Shown one piece after another: positions 1 to 10,113 of a stretch of 45,050 nt of DNA. The notes beneath the pieces are model-generated. The model was not told where the DNA came from and did not search any database. It worked only from the letters and a program-made list of their open reading frames with translations. The stretch covers positions 1-45,050 of the forward strand of contig CAWEDJ010000083.1 in NCBI GenBank assembly GCA_963807635.1, given 5' to 3'. The stretch's first letter is position 1. Every line of letters begins with the position of its first letter. Both the position numbers and the translations under genes were made by a program. The DNA comes from an uncultured cyanobacterium. Lineage in GTDB: Bacteria; Cyanobacteriota; Cyanobacteriia; Cyanobacteriales; Microcystaceae.

Positions 1-236
1 AAATTTTTACCTTCCTATTCGCCAGATTTATCACCAATTGAGTTGTGTTGGTCTAAATTAAAAGAAATTATTCGCTCTGCTAAAGCTCGAACAATCGAGG
101 CTCTTGACGAAGCTATTACTAATGCGATCAATACCATTACTGATGAAAATGCTCTTGATTGGTTCCAACATTGTGGTCTCTACTTTGAGCCTTTGAGATA
201 GCTTTTTCGTGGTGCGTTTGATCGGAAATTGCTGTA
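1..236 (+). mobile_element. Right end of an IS630-family element (transposase C-terminus 1..201, terminal IR, TA target)
   Basis: Frame 1 reads KFLPSYSPDLSPIELCWSKLK...FEPLR*; matches the reverse complement of ~40200-40435; ends ...GGAAATTGCTG|TA. Confidence 0.93.
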
Positions 237-241
237 AAAGA

Positions 242-868
242 ATGAATCATTGTTGGTTACAAATTACTTCAGGAAGAGGCCCTGATGAATGTGCCTATTT
301 TGTTGGAAAACTCTTACCCATTATTCTTGATGAAGCCAAAAAAAACGATTTAGAATGCGAGGTTATTGAGACTATACTAGGTAATCAACCCAATAGTTAT
401 TTATCTATTATCGTCAGCTTAAAAGGTGAGACTTGCCTCGAATTTATCAACCAGTGGCAAGGGACAATCCAATGGATCGGGAAAAGCCCCTTTCGTCCCC
501 ATCATAAACGTAAAAATTGGTTTATTGGCGTATCTGCATTGACTGCCCCAGAGGAATCAGCAGCCTTATTTGAAAATGAGATGAAATTCCAAACCATGCG
601 TTCTACTGGCCCTGGCGGACAAAACGTGAATAAGACTGAAACTGCTGTGAGAGTGACCCATCTTCCTACAGGTATCAGTGTAGTAGCCCAAGAAGAACGT
701 TCTCAATATCTAAACAAAAAATTGGCGATCGCTAAATTATTATCATTACTTCAGTCCAATAACAGTGACTCCCTACACCAGGTAGAGTATGAACTTTGGA
801 ATAAGCACAACAACCTTGAGCGGGGTAATCCGATTCGCGTTTTTAGAGAAATTAAAAACAACTTATAG
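242..868 (+). CDS. prfH: Peptide chain release factor H
   Basis: WLQITSGRGPDEC N-terminus, SPFRPHHKRKNWF, GPGGQNVNKT (GGQ motif), ERGNP C-terminus; start placed at ATG 242 because the ORF-track start lies inside the IS. Confidence 0.92.
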   Translation: MNHCWLQITSGRGPDECAYFVGKLLPIILDEAKKNDLECEVIETILGNQPNSYLSIIVSLKGETCLEFINQWQGTIQWIGKSPFRPHHKRKNWFIGVSALTAPEESAALFENEMKFQTMRSTGPGGQNVNKTETAVRVTHLPTGISVVAQEERSQYLNKKLAIAKLLSLLQSNNSDSLHQVEYELWNKHNNLERGNPIRVFREIKNNL

Positions 869-1034
869 CCAATATTATTTGTTTTTCTACAAATTCTATG
901 CTTCAATATCAACTTGGCTGTGAGCTAAACTACTATCTTAAGGAAAAAGCATCTCAAATTCCTTTATGTCAACTCTCGCAGAATTATAGCAATAACTTGA
1001 AAAAATTTCTCTGGATTGTCTTTCTTCTTTAATC

Positions 1035-1058
1035 ATTACTAATAACGTTATTAGTAAT
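1035..1058. promoter_or_regulatory. 24-bp perfect palindrome, candidate parS/operator upstream of parA
   Basis: ATTACTAATAAC-GTTATTAGTAAT; identical copy at 2395-2418. Confidence 0.7.
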
Positions 1059-1129
1059 TGCAATTTTGCAACTTTTCAGCCCCATCTAAAGTCTCATCAA
1101 TTAAGCAAAATTCATTCTTGCCATCTCTC

Positions 1130-1886
1130 ATGACCAAAATTATTGCCCTATTCAATCAAGCAGGCGGCGTAGGAAAAACGACAATCACTCACAATCTGGG
1201 TTATCATCTCAGTCAAAAAGGCCATCAGGTCTTATTGATTGATTTAGACCCTCAATCCTCCCTCACAACTTTTGTCGGAATTGATCCCGATAAATTAGAA
1301 AAGACCCCCTTCGATGCTCTAATTAATGAAGAACCATTATCCATTATTAAGACAAACCAAGGCTTCGATCTTGTCCCAACGAATATTACTCTCAGTGTGG
1401 CAGAGATCCAATTAGTGAATCTTGATTTTCGAGAGATCCGTCTTAAAGATGCTTTATCTTCTGTCCAATCTGATTATGACTTTATTCTTATTGACTGTCC
1501 GCCCAGTCTTGGATTACTGAGTTATACCAGTCTGGTAGCCGCAACTCACGTCCTAATTCCCATTGAAACCCACTTTAAAGCCTTCCAAGGAACTAATTTA
1601 TTAATTCAAACTATTGCTAAAGTAAAAAAGCGAGGAAATCGCAGTCTCAAAATTGCAGGTTTTATTCCCAGCCGTTATGCGGCCAGGTAACTCCCAGGAT
1701 AAACGCACTCTCATCGCCATTCAGGAACAGTTTGGTCGAATTGGACAAGTCTTTGATCCTATCCCACGATTAACTGCTTTTGTCGATGCCTCTGAAGAAA
1801 ATCTTCCTTTAGCCCTTTACGATCCGAAAAATCAGGCGATCGCGGTTCTAGAAAAATTAACAACCCTTATTGAACAATTAGAATAA
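1130..1886 (+). CDS. parA: ParA plasmid partition ATPase (one apparent +1 frameshift near 1686)
   Basis: NQAGGVGKTT, LIDLDPQ, IDCPPSLG; C-terminus continues in ORF 1653..1886. Confidence 0.92.
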
Positions 1887-1893
1887 GCCAACA

Positions 1894-2838
1894 ATGTCAA
1901 ACTCTTCCTCCCGTAAACAAGATAAACCCTATAAAGTCCAAGCAAATTTAGATGATCTGTTAGGAGCAGAAACCATTTCTTCTTCTCAAAAACTACCATT
2001 AACAATGATCGTTCTACCAGAAAGTCAACCCAGACGATATTTTGATCCAGAAAAACTAGATCAACTGGCTGAATCAATCAAAACCTATGGCGTTTTAGAA
2101 AACTTATTAGTTCGCCCTTTAAGTGAGCAAGACGATAAATATGAATTAGTTGCTGGAGAAAGACGTTATCGTGCGGCTAAAGCGGCTGGTTTAACAGAAG
2201 TTCCTGTTAGCATTCGAGATTTAACTCATGAAGAAGCTCTTGAAATTTCCCTAATTGAAAACCTCCAACGAGAAGACCTTAATCCAATTGAAGAAACAGA
2301 AGGTATTCTTTCCCTCTTGTCAGTTCGTCTTCAGAAACCTGTCTCTCAGGTTATTCTTCTCCTCTACCAAATGCTAAATGCCCGAACTGGGAAAATTACT
2401 AATAACGTTATTAGTAATGAACAATCAACCTTAGTACAGGCAATATTTCAAGAAGTTGGGTGCATGAATTGGGAGTCTTTCGTTAGTAATCGTCTTCCCT
2501 TACTCAAGCTTCCTATCGAGATTCTTGAAGCCCTCCGTCAAGGAAAAATCGAATATACCAAGGCTACAGCGATCGCGAAGGTTAAGGATGAAACGAAACG
2601 AGCAGAACTATTGGAGGAATCCATTCAAAACAGCCTCTCTCTAACACAGATTAAAGAAAGAATCGCTACCCTAAAACCATCACCCGACTCGTTATCTCCC
2701 AAAAATCAGCTTCAGACCCTTACTCGTCGTCTCAATCAATTAAAACTCTGGGAAAAAGATAAAAAAACTTGGAAAAAAGTAGAGGGATTGCTAGGAAAAA
2801 TAGAAATGATGCTAACAGACGTGGAAACTGAGGTTTAG
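1894..2838 (+). CDS. parB: ParB partition protein
   Basis: QPRRYFD, VAGERRYRA, IENLQREDLNPIEE, HTH-like NRLPLLKLP; directly after parA. Confidence 0.95.
   Translation: MSNSSSRKQDKPYKVQANLDDLLGAETISSSQKLPLTMIVLPESQPRRYFDPEKLDQLAESIKTYGVLENLLVRPLSEQDDKYELVAGERRYRAAKAAGLTEVPVSIRDLTHEEALEISLIENLQREDLNPIEETEGILSLLSVRLQKPVSQVILLLYQMLNARTGKITNNVISNEQSTLVQAIFQEVGCMNWESFVSNRLPLLKLPIEILEALRQGKIEYTKATAIAKVKDETKRAELLEESIQNSLSLTQIKERIATLKPSPDSLSPKNQLQTLTRRLNQLKLWEKDKKTWKKVEGLLGKIEMMLTDVETEV
2395..2418. promoter_or_regulatory. Second copy of the 24-bp palindrome, inside parB (candidate parS)
   Basis: ATTACTAATAACGTTATTAGTAAT, encodes ITNNVISN. Confidence 0.7.
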
Positions 2839-2854
2839 AAAATATTGTGTTAAG

Positions 2855-2888
2855 AAAAAAAAAGACAGAGAGAATCGCTCTCCCTGTC
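2855..2888 (-). terminator. Intrinsic terminator of the strawberry-notch gene
   Basis: Minus strand GACAGGGAGA-GCGAT-TCTCTCTGTC followed by T9, just after the stop at 2900. Confidence 0.75.
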
Positions 2889-2899
2889 TGTCAATCAAT

Positions 2900-5800
2900 T
2901 TATGCCAACTGGCGAATCTTCTCGATAATGCCCGTCGCCTTGTCATTAACAGGAATAAAGACTCGCAGTTTCCAACGAATCATCTCCGTCATACAGCCCA
3001 GAGCTTTGAGGCACATCACTTCCGATTCCTGACGAATCCCCGTGACTTCTAGCCGTTGATTGCCCATCACTGTCGATGAGCGCAACTGCCAGCCTCGCAC
3101 TAACGGAACGACTTCTTTTCGTTGAATAACCGCTTGAAAGACTTCATCTACTGTCAACAGAGGAGTCCCTTCAATCTGGAGATTGCGATAGACTGCCGCG
3201 ATATTCTCAGCATGGACTAAGCGACCGAGTAATTTCTCCCCTTCATCGGTTTGCAGACGAAAGACTCGCAGACTTTCCCCATCCAAACGGTTCCAGATCG
3301 GTAACAACAAGCCTGTGATCAGATAGAAGGAATCGACTTCAAATTCAGGGGATTGATTCACTTCCTCCTGCCATAACGATTGGAAGGTGTCTTGACTGAT
3401 GACTTTCCAAGTCGAGGACTGGAATTGTTCGACGCTCATCTTTTCGTTGGCAGTGGGGCGAATCAGATTCACTCGCCGTACAACTGCTCCGTCATCCGTC
3501 ACGATGCTGTTGGTCGGAACACAGATGGCAACCCGACCCGATCGCTCATTCACGACCCCATGACCTTGATAGCGTTCTGTTACGTCTAAGGCTTCTGGGA
3601 GTCTGAGAATCTGGGCTTGACGTTTCTGCTCGATTTTGACGCAATGGGTCTGAGCCTGGGTTTCAGGATGGGTATAGATGACCTGACGTTCAATTACCTG
3701 AAAACCATCTGCTTTCAGGGTTTCTACCCCGACCTCGTAAGTCCCCGCCAAGATCGCTGCTTCAATCTTGCTCTCCAGCCTAATCTCAAACTCCTCAAAC
3801 AAAGCGTTTTGGCGTTCAATCCGCAGGGCTAGGACACGATTGAGAAACTGAGCGATCGCTGGTAGCTCTTCCTTCAAGTGACCTTCTTTGTCCGTCAGGG
3901 AAAGTCCTGTTTGTTCTTCAAAGTCTGAGAGAGAGCAACAATCCAGGGTTCCTGCATAGAGGGCTTGATAGAGTTGGCGCAAGGCGGATTTTGCGTAGAG
4001 AGATTCCAAGTTGTCTTCTTCTCGGAAAAGTCCCTGTCCTCCCGTTTGTCGCTGTCCCCGTGTCAAGGCTCCCAAAGAATCTAAGCGTCGGGCAATGGTA
4101 CTGAGAAACCGCTTTTCGCCCTTGACATTGGTGGTCACAGGTCGAAATAGAGGCGGTTGGGCTTGATTGGTGCGATTGCTCCGTCCTAAGCCTTGGATAG
4201 CGGAATCGGCTTTCCATCCTGCTTCTAAGAGGTAATGGACACGGAGCCGTTGATTGCGGGCATTCAAATCGGCATGATAACTCCGACCTGTTCCTCCTGC
4301 CTCGGAGAAAACCAGAATCGGTTTTAGATCATCCATGAAGGCTTGGGTTTCCCCCAGATTGGCTGAACCAGACCGTTTCTGGAGAGCCAGTCGTTCTCGT
4401 CCGCCCTTGGTTTCTCGCACAATGCGCTTTGACCGTCCTGTGACTTCTGCCACTTTTTCATAGCCAAAGTGTTGGATGAGTTGGTCGAGTGCGCCTGGGA
4501 TAGGGGGGAGCAGTCCCAAGCGTTCGATTAGGCGTTCTCGTTGTTTCAGGGCTTCTTGGCAGAAGACAGGATTGCCGTTGCTATCTATCACTGGGCGGGA
4601 ATGCTCGTTACCCTCTTCGTCGCTATAGACCTCATGTAACTGAACGGGGAAGGAATGACTCAAATAGTCCATGACGTATTCTCTCGGTGTGATATCAATC
4701 TGGAGGTCATGCCATTCGGAGGGGGGAATGTCTGCCAGTCGTCGGTTGAGCAGTGCTTCATCCGTTGAGGTAATCTGAATCACTACCGCGTGACCCTTAG
4801 CTAAGTCCTCGGCGATCGCTCTGAGCAAGGTGGGACACTTCATCGAGGTGATGAGGTGGTTGAAAAATCGTTGCTTATTGCTTTCAAAGGCTGACCGTGC
4901 TGCCGCTTTTGCGTTCCGATTTCTGACTTGACCGTTGGGACTGGTAATATTGGTCACTTTGAGGGCCGCGTCTAGATTTTGATGAATGATTTGAAAGGTA
5001 TCGGCATAAGCGTTATAAATGGCGATTTGTTCCTCCGTTAATTCATGTTCGAGGATGTCGTATTCTACCCCTTGATAGGACAGCGATCTGGCAGTATAGA
5101 GACCGAGGACTTTGAGATCCCGTGACACCACCTCTAGGGCGGCGATGCCTCCTTTCTCCATTTGGGCTACGAAGTCGGCTTGGCTGGTAAAGGGAAATTC
5201 AGTTGCCATCCCCAGTCCCAGACGTTGGGCATAGGCGAGATTACTGATGGTCGTCGCGCCTGTGGCAGAAACGTAGAGAATACGGGCTTTTGGCAATCCA
5301 TGTTGAAGTCTTAATCCCGCAATGCCCTGGAGGGACGCTTTCTGATTGCCCCGTTCTCCTTTGTCGGGAGAAGCATTGGCCATCGCGTGGGCTTCATCAA
5401 AGACGATGACCCCTTCAAAGTCCTGACCACACCAGTTGAGCAGTTGTTCGACACGAGACTTCTTGCCCTGTCTGGCTTCGGTGCGGAGGGTCGCATAGGT
5501 GACAAAAAGAATACCTTCTGTCAATCCGATGGATTCACCTTGTCGAAAACGACTCAGGGGAATAATTTGCTCAGGATTACCTCCCAAGGCTTTCCAGTCC
5601 CGTCGTGCATCTTCCAGTAGGGTCTCGGATTTGGAGATCCACAGGGCTTTCTTCCGTCCCCGCAAATAGTTATCCAGTAACACCGCACTTACTTGTCGTC
5701 CCTTACCGACTCCTGTGGAATCCCCAATGAAGTAGCCGCGACGGAATTGAACGGGCTTGGGATCATCTTCAGAGGCAACAGAAACGCGATCTAGGGTATC

Positions 5801-7516
5801 GTCCACTTGATAGTTGCCTTTCAGAAACTGACGGTGGGATTCTCCTGCATAGATCACGGATTCTAGTTGAACCGTAGAAAGGATATTTTCACGAATGAGC
5901 CGTTGGGGTAGTTGGGGTTGATAAGTGGGTTTTGGGGGCGCGACGCTGGCCATTGCCGCACTTTGAACGAGGGGTGAAGGGTGGTCACTTGCCTCAGTTA
6001 TCAGGACAGACTGCGGTTCATAGGTTTCATAAAGACCATCAGAAATTTCCCGTTCACTGCCTGTCCAATCTTGAGTGGTGTAGGTCAGTTCTATTCCTTC
6101 GCCCAGGGTGACTGAGGCTGGGATGGCTGACTTCTTAGAGGGATTCAGTTGGGGTTTTGGCTTGGATTCCAACAATACGAGGGAGTTGTCAAAGGGGATC
6201 TCTCCTTGGAGGAACGATTGAGGCAAACCATTAGAAGGCAAGTCTGCTTTCGTTTGAGTTAACTTCATCGGGATTAAGGCTCGACGTTCTGGCACAAACT
6301 GGGTAATGGCATTGAGCAAATCCGACAGGGAAAGAGCTTTGTCGAAACAATTAGCGAACTCTGCGGGCTTATCCGCCGAAATTTTATCCATAACCGTCAA
6401 CCGAGTCTCCATCGTCGTCCCCTGTTTGGCATAGGCTTGACCGACAATCGGACAGGAGAAGACAACGGTGGCTGATCGCTGAATCTCCATAAAGCTGTCT
6501 CGCCATTCAGGACTCAAGGGAGAGAACCAATTGGCTGTGATCGCCACTAAACGACCTCCTTCGGTCAGCCTTGCCAGTGCGGAACGGAGATGTTTGAGGG
6601 TGGCAAATTGGTTCCGTTTTGCCAGACGGGGAGAGGCGGAAAAGGGCGGATTCATCACTACAACGGTCGGATGCCATTTCAAATCGAGATAATCGTCAAT
6701 CTGCTCGGCGTTGTAACCGAATAAGGGCGTTTTGGGAAAAACTTCGCTGAGAATATCCCGACGCTTAGGACAGATTTCGTTGAGGAGTAATTGCGCTCCA
6801 CCAATTTGAGCAAAGGCCGCTAACAGTCCTGTCCCTGCCGAGGGTTCTAATACCAAGTCATCAGGGGTAATCTGCGCCGCTACTTGCACCAGGTAGGCAA
6901 GGGGTAGGGGCGTAGAAAACTGTTGTAACTGAATCGATGTCTCAGACCGTCTGGTTTGGGTCGGGCAAAGTCGATGAAGGCGTTCTATTTCGCCCAATAC
7001 AACAGCAGAGTTCGCTTGATTCAGGAGTTCCTTACCTCGTTCTTGAATAAACCGAATTTGAGCGATTTCGAGGGCTTCGTAGGCATCTTTCCAAAGCCAA
7101 TGACCCTCTGCATCCGATCCTCCCAAGGCTTCCGTCATCAAACGAGCAACCCCACTATTGGCGATCGCTTTTCCTTGTTTCAGCAGGGGAAGCAGTTGAT
7201 CAGCGACCTCAATCAAGGGATGAGATGAGGTTTGGGGTTGATGGGACGGTATCGGTTGAGTTTCAACAACGGAGGATTGTTCTGACTGGAAAAGAGCTTC
7301 TAAGGCGGCTCGAATTTCTGGGGATGTCTGAGGAACCAACGCCGTTAAGGAATGAATCGTGTTCAGGGCAGAACTAGCTTGGTCAAATAAGTCGGTCAGT
7401 TGCTGATGTTTCGTTTTGAGTTGGTTGGTCATCTTCTCTAGCTGTTCAGCTTCTTTCTGGGTCTGAGGAAGAAACTGAACAAACAACGGATTAGGTTTGG
7501 TTTCGGTCAACTGCAT
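2900..7516 (-). CDS. Strawberry-notch-like SF2 helicase fused to an N-terminal N6-adenine methyltransferase domain
   Basis: VLEPSAGTG and NPPF methyltransferase motifs; GDSTGVGKGR, VFDEAH, QGLGRSNRTNQ helicase motifs. Confidence 0.9.
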   Translation of the reverse strand: MQLTETKPNPLFVQFLPQTQKEAEQLEKMTNQLKTKHQQLTDLFDQASSALNTIHSLTALVPQTSPEIRAALEALFQSEQSSVVETQPIPSHQPQTSSHPLIEVADQLLPLLKQGKAIANSGVARLMTEALGGSDAEGHWLWKDAYEALEIAQIRFIQERGKELLNQANSAVVLGEIERLHRLCPTQTRRSETSIQLQQFSTPLPLAYLVQVAAQITPDDLVLEPSAGTGLLAAFAQIGGAQLLLNEICPKRRDILSEVFPKTPLFGYNAEQIDDYLDLKWHPTVVVMNPPFSASPRLAKRNQFATLKHLRSALARLTEGGRLVAITANWFSPLSPEWRDSFMEIQRSATVVFSCPIVGQAYAKQGTTMETRLTVMDKISADKPAEFANCFDKALSLSDLLNAITQFVPERRALIPMKLTQTKADLPSNGLPQSFLQGEIPFDNSLVLLESKPKPQLNPSKKSAIPASVTLGEGIELTYTTQDWTGSEREISDGLYETYEPQSVLITEASDHPSPLVQSAAMASVAPPKPTYQPQLPQRLIRENILSTVQLESVIYAGESHRQFLKGNYQVDDTLDRVSVASEDDPKPVQFRRGYFIGDSTGVGKGRQVSAVLLDNYLRGRKKALWISKSETLLEDARRDWKALGGNPEQIIPLSRFRQGESIGLTEGILFVTYATLRTEARQGKKSRVEQLLNWCGQDFEGVIVFDEAHAMANASPDKGERGNQKASLQGIAGLRLQHGLPKARILYVSATGATTISNLAYAQRLGLGMATEFPFTSQADFVAQMEKGGIAALEVVSRDLKVLGLYTARSLSYQGVEYDILEHELTEEQIAIYNAYADTFQIIHQNLDAALKVTNITSPNGQVRNRNAKAAARSAFESNKQRFFNHLITSMKCPTLLRAIAEDLAKGHAVVIQITSTDEALLNRRLADIPPSEWHDLQIDITPREYVMDYLSHSFPVQLHEVYSDEEGNEHSRPVIDSNGNPVFCQEALKQRERLIERLGLLPPIPGALDQLIQHFGYEKVAEVTGRSKRIVRETKGGRERLALQKRSGSANLGETQAFMDDLKPILVFSEAGGTGRSYHADLNARNQRLRVHYLLEAGWKADSAIQGLGRSNRTNQAQPPLFRPVTTNVKGEKRFLSTIARRLDSLGALTRGQRQTGGQGLFREEDNLESLYAKSALRQLYQALYAGTLDCCSLSDFEEQTGLSLTDKEGHLKEELPAIAQFLNRVLALRIERQNALFEEFEIRLESKIEAAILAGTYEVGVETLKADGFQVIERQVIYTHPETQAQTHCVKIEQKRQAQILRLPEALDVTERYQGHGVVNERSGRVAICVPTNSIVTDDGAVVRRVNLIRPTANEKMSVEQFQSSTWKVISQDTFQSLWQEEVNQSPEFEVDSFYLITGLLLPIWNRLDGESLRVFRLQTDEGEKLLGRLVHAENIAAVYRNLQIEGTPLLTVDEVFQAVIQRKEVVPLVRGWQLRSSTVMGNQRLEVTGIRQESEVMCLKALGCMTEMIRWKLRVFIPVNDKATGIIEKIRQLA

Positions 7517-7534
7517 GGTGTTTTATCTCCTAAC

Positions 7535-7557
7535 AAAAAAAGCTGGCATAAACCAGC
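7535..7557 (-). terminator. Terminator-like hairpin just upstream of the helicase RBS
   Basis: Minus strand GCTGG-TTTATG-CCAGC-T7. Confidence 0.5.
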
Positions 7558-7595
7558 AGCTTGATGAGTTGAATTGAGAGGGAAATGGATTTTAA

Positions 7596-7632
7596 CAGGA
7601 TAAATTTCAACGATTAGAATTCATTTATCCTG
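7596..7632. repeat. Inverted repeat downstream of the 7646 gene
   Basis: CAGGATAAAT...ATTTATCCTG. Confidence 0.55.
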
Positions 7633-7645
7633 CTAAAAATAAGCG

Positions 7646-8194
7646 TTAGCTGGCTATCTTTTCTTCTCTGAAAGAAATCTGATTTGTCGTAGAGATGAGG
7701 TCAGAGAATTTTTCTTGAATAACAGCCATGACTCGTTCGGGATCATCTTTAAAGAGGCTCCGAATTTCTGCCTTGATAAAGATGAGTGACTTTTCCACGT
7801 TGCCACATTTTTGTTGAATCCCTAGCGGTTTACAGAGTTGACGACTTTGCCGTTTATTCAGGTTTTTGATGATTGCCTCGGCTTCGGTGTAGAGGGGATT
7901 TTGTTGACCAGATGTTAGCGTTTTATTCTGCTTAACTTTAGTACAATCCTGCTCAACAAATGAATGGCTCTTTTCGGCAATGGGAGACACTTCCTCGGTA
8001 GATTCTCTCATTAAATTTTCGTCAAAAAGTGCTTCCTCTTCGTCGAAGATAACCTGAATATTAGGAAATATTGCGGATTTTTCTGCCGTTGCCTTGAATG
8101 GATTTTGTTGATGGTAAATCACAACGGAAACAGTACAGTAATAACAAACGAACAGTAAGATGGGGAAAAGAAATTCATTAATAGTAGTGACCAT
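7646..8194 (-). CDS. Hypothetical plasmid protein with N-terminal hydrophobic segment
   Basis: ATG 8194 preceded by AGGAG; FLFPILLFVCYYCTVSVVI; C-terminal LNKRQSRQLCKPLGIQQK. Confidence 0.7.
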   Translation of the reverse strand: MVTTINEFLFPILLFVCYYCTVSVVIYHQQNPFKATAEKSAIFPNIQVIFDEEEALFDENLMRESTEEVSPIAEKSHSFVEQDCTKVKQNKTLTSGQQNPLYTEAEAIIKNLNKRQSRQLCKPLGIQQKCGNVEKSLIFIKAEIRSLFKDDPERVMAVIQEKFSDLISTTNQISFREEKIAS

Positions 8195-8367
8195 GATTTT
8201 TCTCCTGATTTTGATAAACGATGAGTGCTTTTTGTAGAGATTGCACTCGCTCCATTCAACAGGCGTTAGCCTACTCAAAATCAGGCTTAAAAAGTTTTCT
8301 AAATGTACGCCACGTTTCAACTCCAACTGGTAGCATTAAGGGGATTTATTTGACTAAACAGGTCATT

Positions 8368-9696
8368 TTAGTCCGTTTCAAGGCTTTCTTCAGCCTTTTT
8401 CTTGAGAATAATCGGCGGTTTTGGCTGACTAGAGGTTTCTACTTTCGAGGACTTTTGAAACTTTTTCGGTTTGATAGAGGGGGGAATCGTGGTGGTTGGT
8501 TCTTCTAACAGATTACTAACCGTAAATTCTTGAGTTTCGGGGGAAAATATTACCTTTACCTGACAAAAATAGCGTTTAGAATAGTCTTGCTTCTCTTTCA
8601 GGCTGGGATCATACTCAAAAGGTTCGACGGGGGCATCCTTCCACACCAAGGGGAAATGAAGAGCTTTGCAGTCATCATGCGCTCCTCGGCTTTGGTTCCG
8701 ATAGACCGTTATCACAGGCTCGACTAAGAATGGCACTTTTTGCCAAATTCCCCGTACTTTGAAATGGTTGATTTGATAGTTTTTAGGACATTGGACTAAA
8801 ACGGCTACCACTGTAAAACTAAGATTTCGCAGAACCATTTCTTTTTGGGTGGTCGCCTGCCAATTCGGATAAACCCTGAGATAGACTTCTTCTTCGCTCC
8901 CCACAAAGCTTTTTATGCGTCCTCTGGGGCCAAACAAAGGATAGGTCTTGTCTTCTATCTGAAGAACATAAGAAGACTCCTGTTCTAGAATTTTTCCCTT
9001 CAGAAAACCAAAGGCTTGGAAAATAGGGGATTTTGGTTCAGGTTCCACTTTATCCTGACTTTCTGGCGGATTTTCTGGAACAGGATTTTCTGGGGAGACT
9101 TTAGCTTTTTTGGTCTTTTGCTTCTTAGCCTGAGCGGGTTGGGGTTCTATGGCGGGAACGGCTTCAGGTATGATAGGCTCAGGTGAAATTTCCTGAATCG
9201 TTTCTATTTCTTCTACTTTTTCAGCAATAGGAAGCAATTCTACCGATTTTGTCTCTTTTTTCTTCGCCTGAGTTTTCTTGGTCTTTTTCTCTACATCCTT
9301 CACTTCAATGTCAGAGGGAATTTCCTGAGTGAGATTCACTTCTTCCTCAATCGGCTCGATTTCCTCAACCAAAGAAGAAATTTTTCCCAATTTTGTTTCT
9401 TTTTTCCTTGTCTGAGTTTTCGTTTTTTTCTTACCGACATCCTGAGTTTCAGATAGAATCTCTCGATTGAGACTCATTTCTTGCTGAATAGCGAGTATTT
9501 CTTCCTCAATGGGAGATAATTTTACTGATTTTGTCCCTTTTTTCCTGGATTGCGTTTTTGTCTTTTTCTGATCTTTATCTGAAGAAGATTCGGTAATGGT
9601 CACATCGGTAATACCTGAGTCTGTGGGGATTGACTCGGTAATCACGGATTCTTCCGAAATACTGTTTTTTTTAACTCTAACGATGTTAATGGGCAT
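8368..9696 (-). CDS. Hypothetical plasmid protein (K/E-rich repetitive N-terminus, globular C-terminus)
   Basis: Long ORF with three KKTK..Q..KK.TK repeats; C-domain LRVYP...VRGIWQ; start uncertain. Confidence 0.7.
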   Translation of the reverse strand: MPINIVRVKKNSISEESVITESIPTDSGITDVTITESSSDKDQKKTKTQSRKKGTKSVKLSPIEEEILAIQQEMSLNREILSETQDVGKKKTKTQTRKKETKLGKISSLVEEIEPIEEEVNLTQEIPSDIEVKDVEKKTKKTQAKKKETKSVELLPIAEKVEEIETIQEISPEPIIPEAVPAIEPQPAQAKKQKTKKAKVSPENPVPENPPESQDKVEPEPKSPIFQAFGFLKGKILEQESSYVLQIEDKTYPLFGPRGRIKSFVGSEEEVYLRVYPNWQATTQKEMVLRNLSFTVVAVLVQCPKNYQINHFKVRGIWQKVPFLVEPVITVYRNQSRGAHDDCKALHFPLVWKDAPVEPFEYDPSLKEKQDYSKRYFCQVKVIFSPETQEFTVSNLLEEPTTTIPPSIKPKKFQKSSKVETSSQPKPPIILKKKAEESLETD

Positions 9697-10113
9697 AAAG
9701 CATTTGTTGGGATCTTTCAACTATTTCTGGCACTACACACCGTATCAGAAAAATAGCACCTAAAGATTTAGAAAATTCACTGGACAAAAGTTTCCGTCGA
9801 TTATAGCTTCTTTTTCATCCAATCTTGGAGTCTTTAGCCTGTCAGGGGTCTAGGACTAAGTTAAGTTTCCCCTTTCTATTGTTTAGCTTCTCTTTCCTTT
9901 GGAGGTTTTTCAAGCTACACTGAGAACTATTCTGGACTGTACCAAGTCCTATACCAAATATGCCAACCCCACAAACAACAGACAAAAAGAACCCTGAAAC
10001 TAGAAAGCCGTCCCCTGCCAGCAAGCTTAAGGACGACTATCATTCAATTTCAAGATTCTTCTGTGCTTTTGGGACACTCGAATCAAAGGAGGATACGAAG
10101 TAGGGAGATAAAA

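Noticed and set aside
209..241. N-terminal extension of PrfH shown in the ORF track
   Set aside because: It is read from the IS630 terminal repeat; ATG 242 fits the family start.
3380..7228. Short ORFs overlapping the helicase gene
   Set aside because: Shadow frames of a long gene with clear motifs; no recognisable features.
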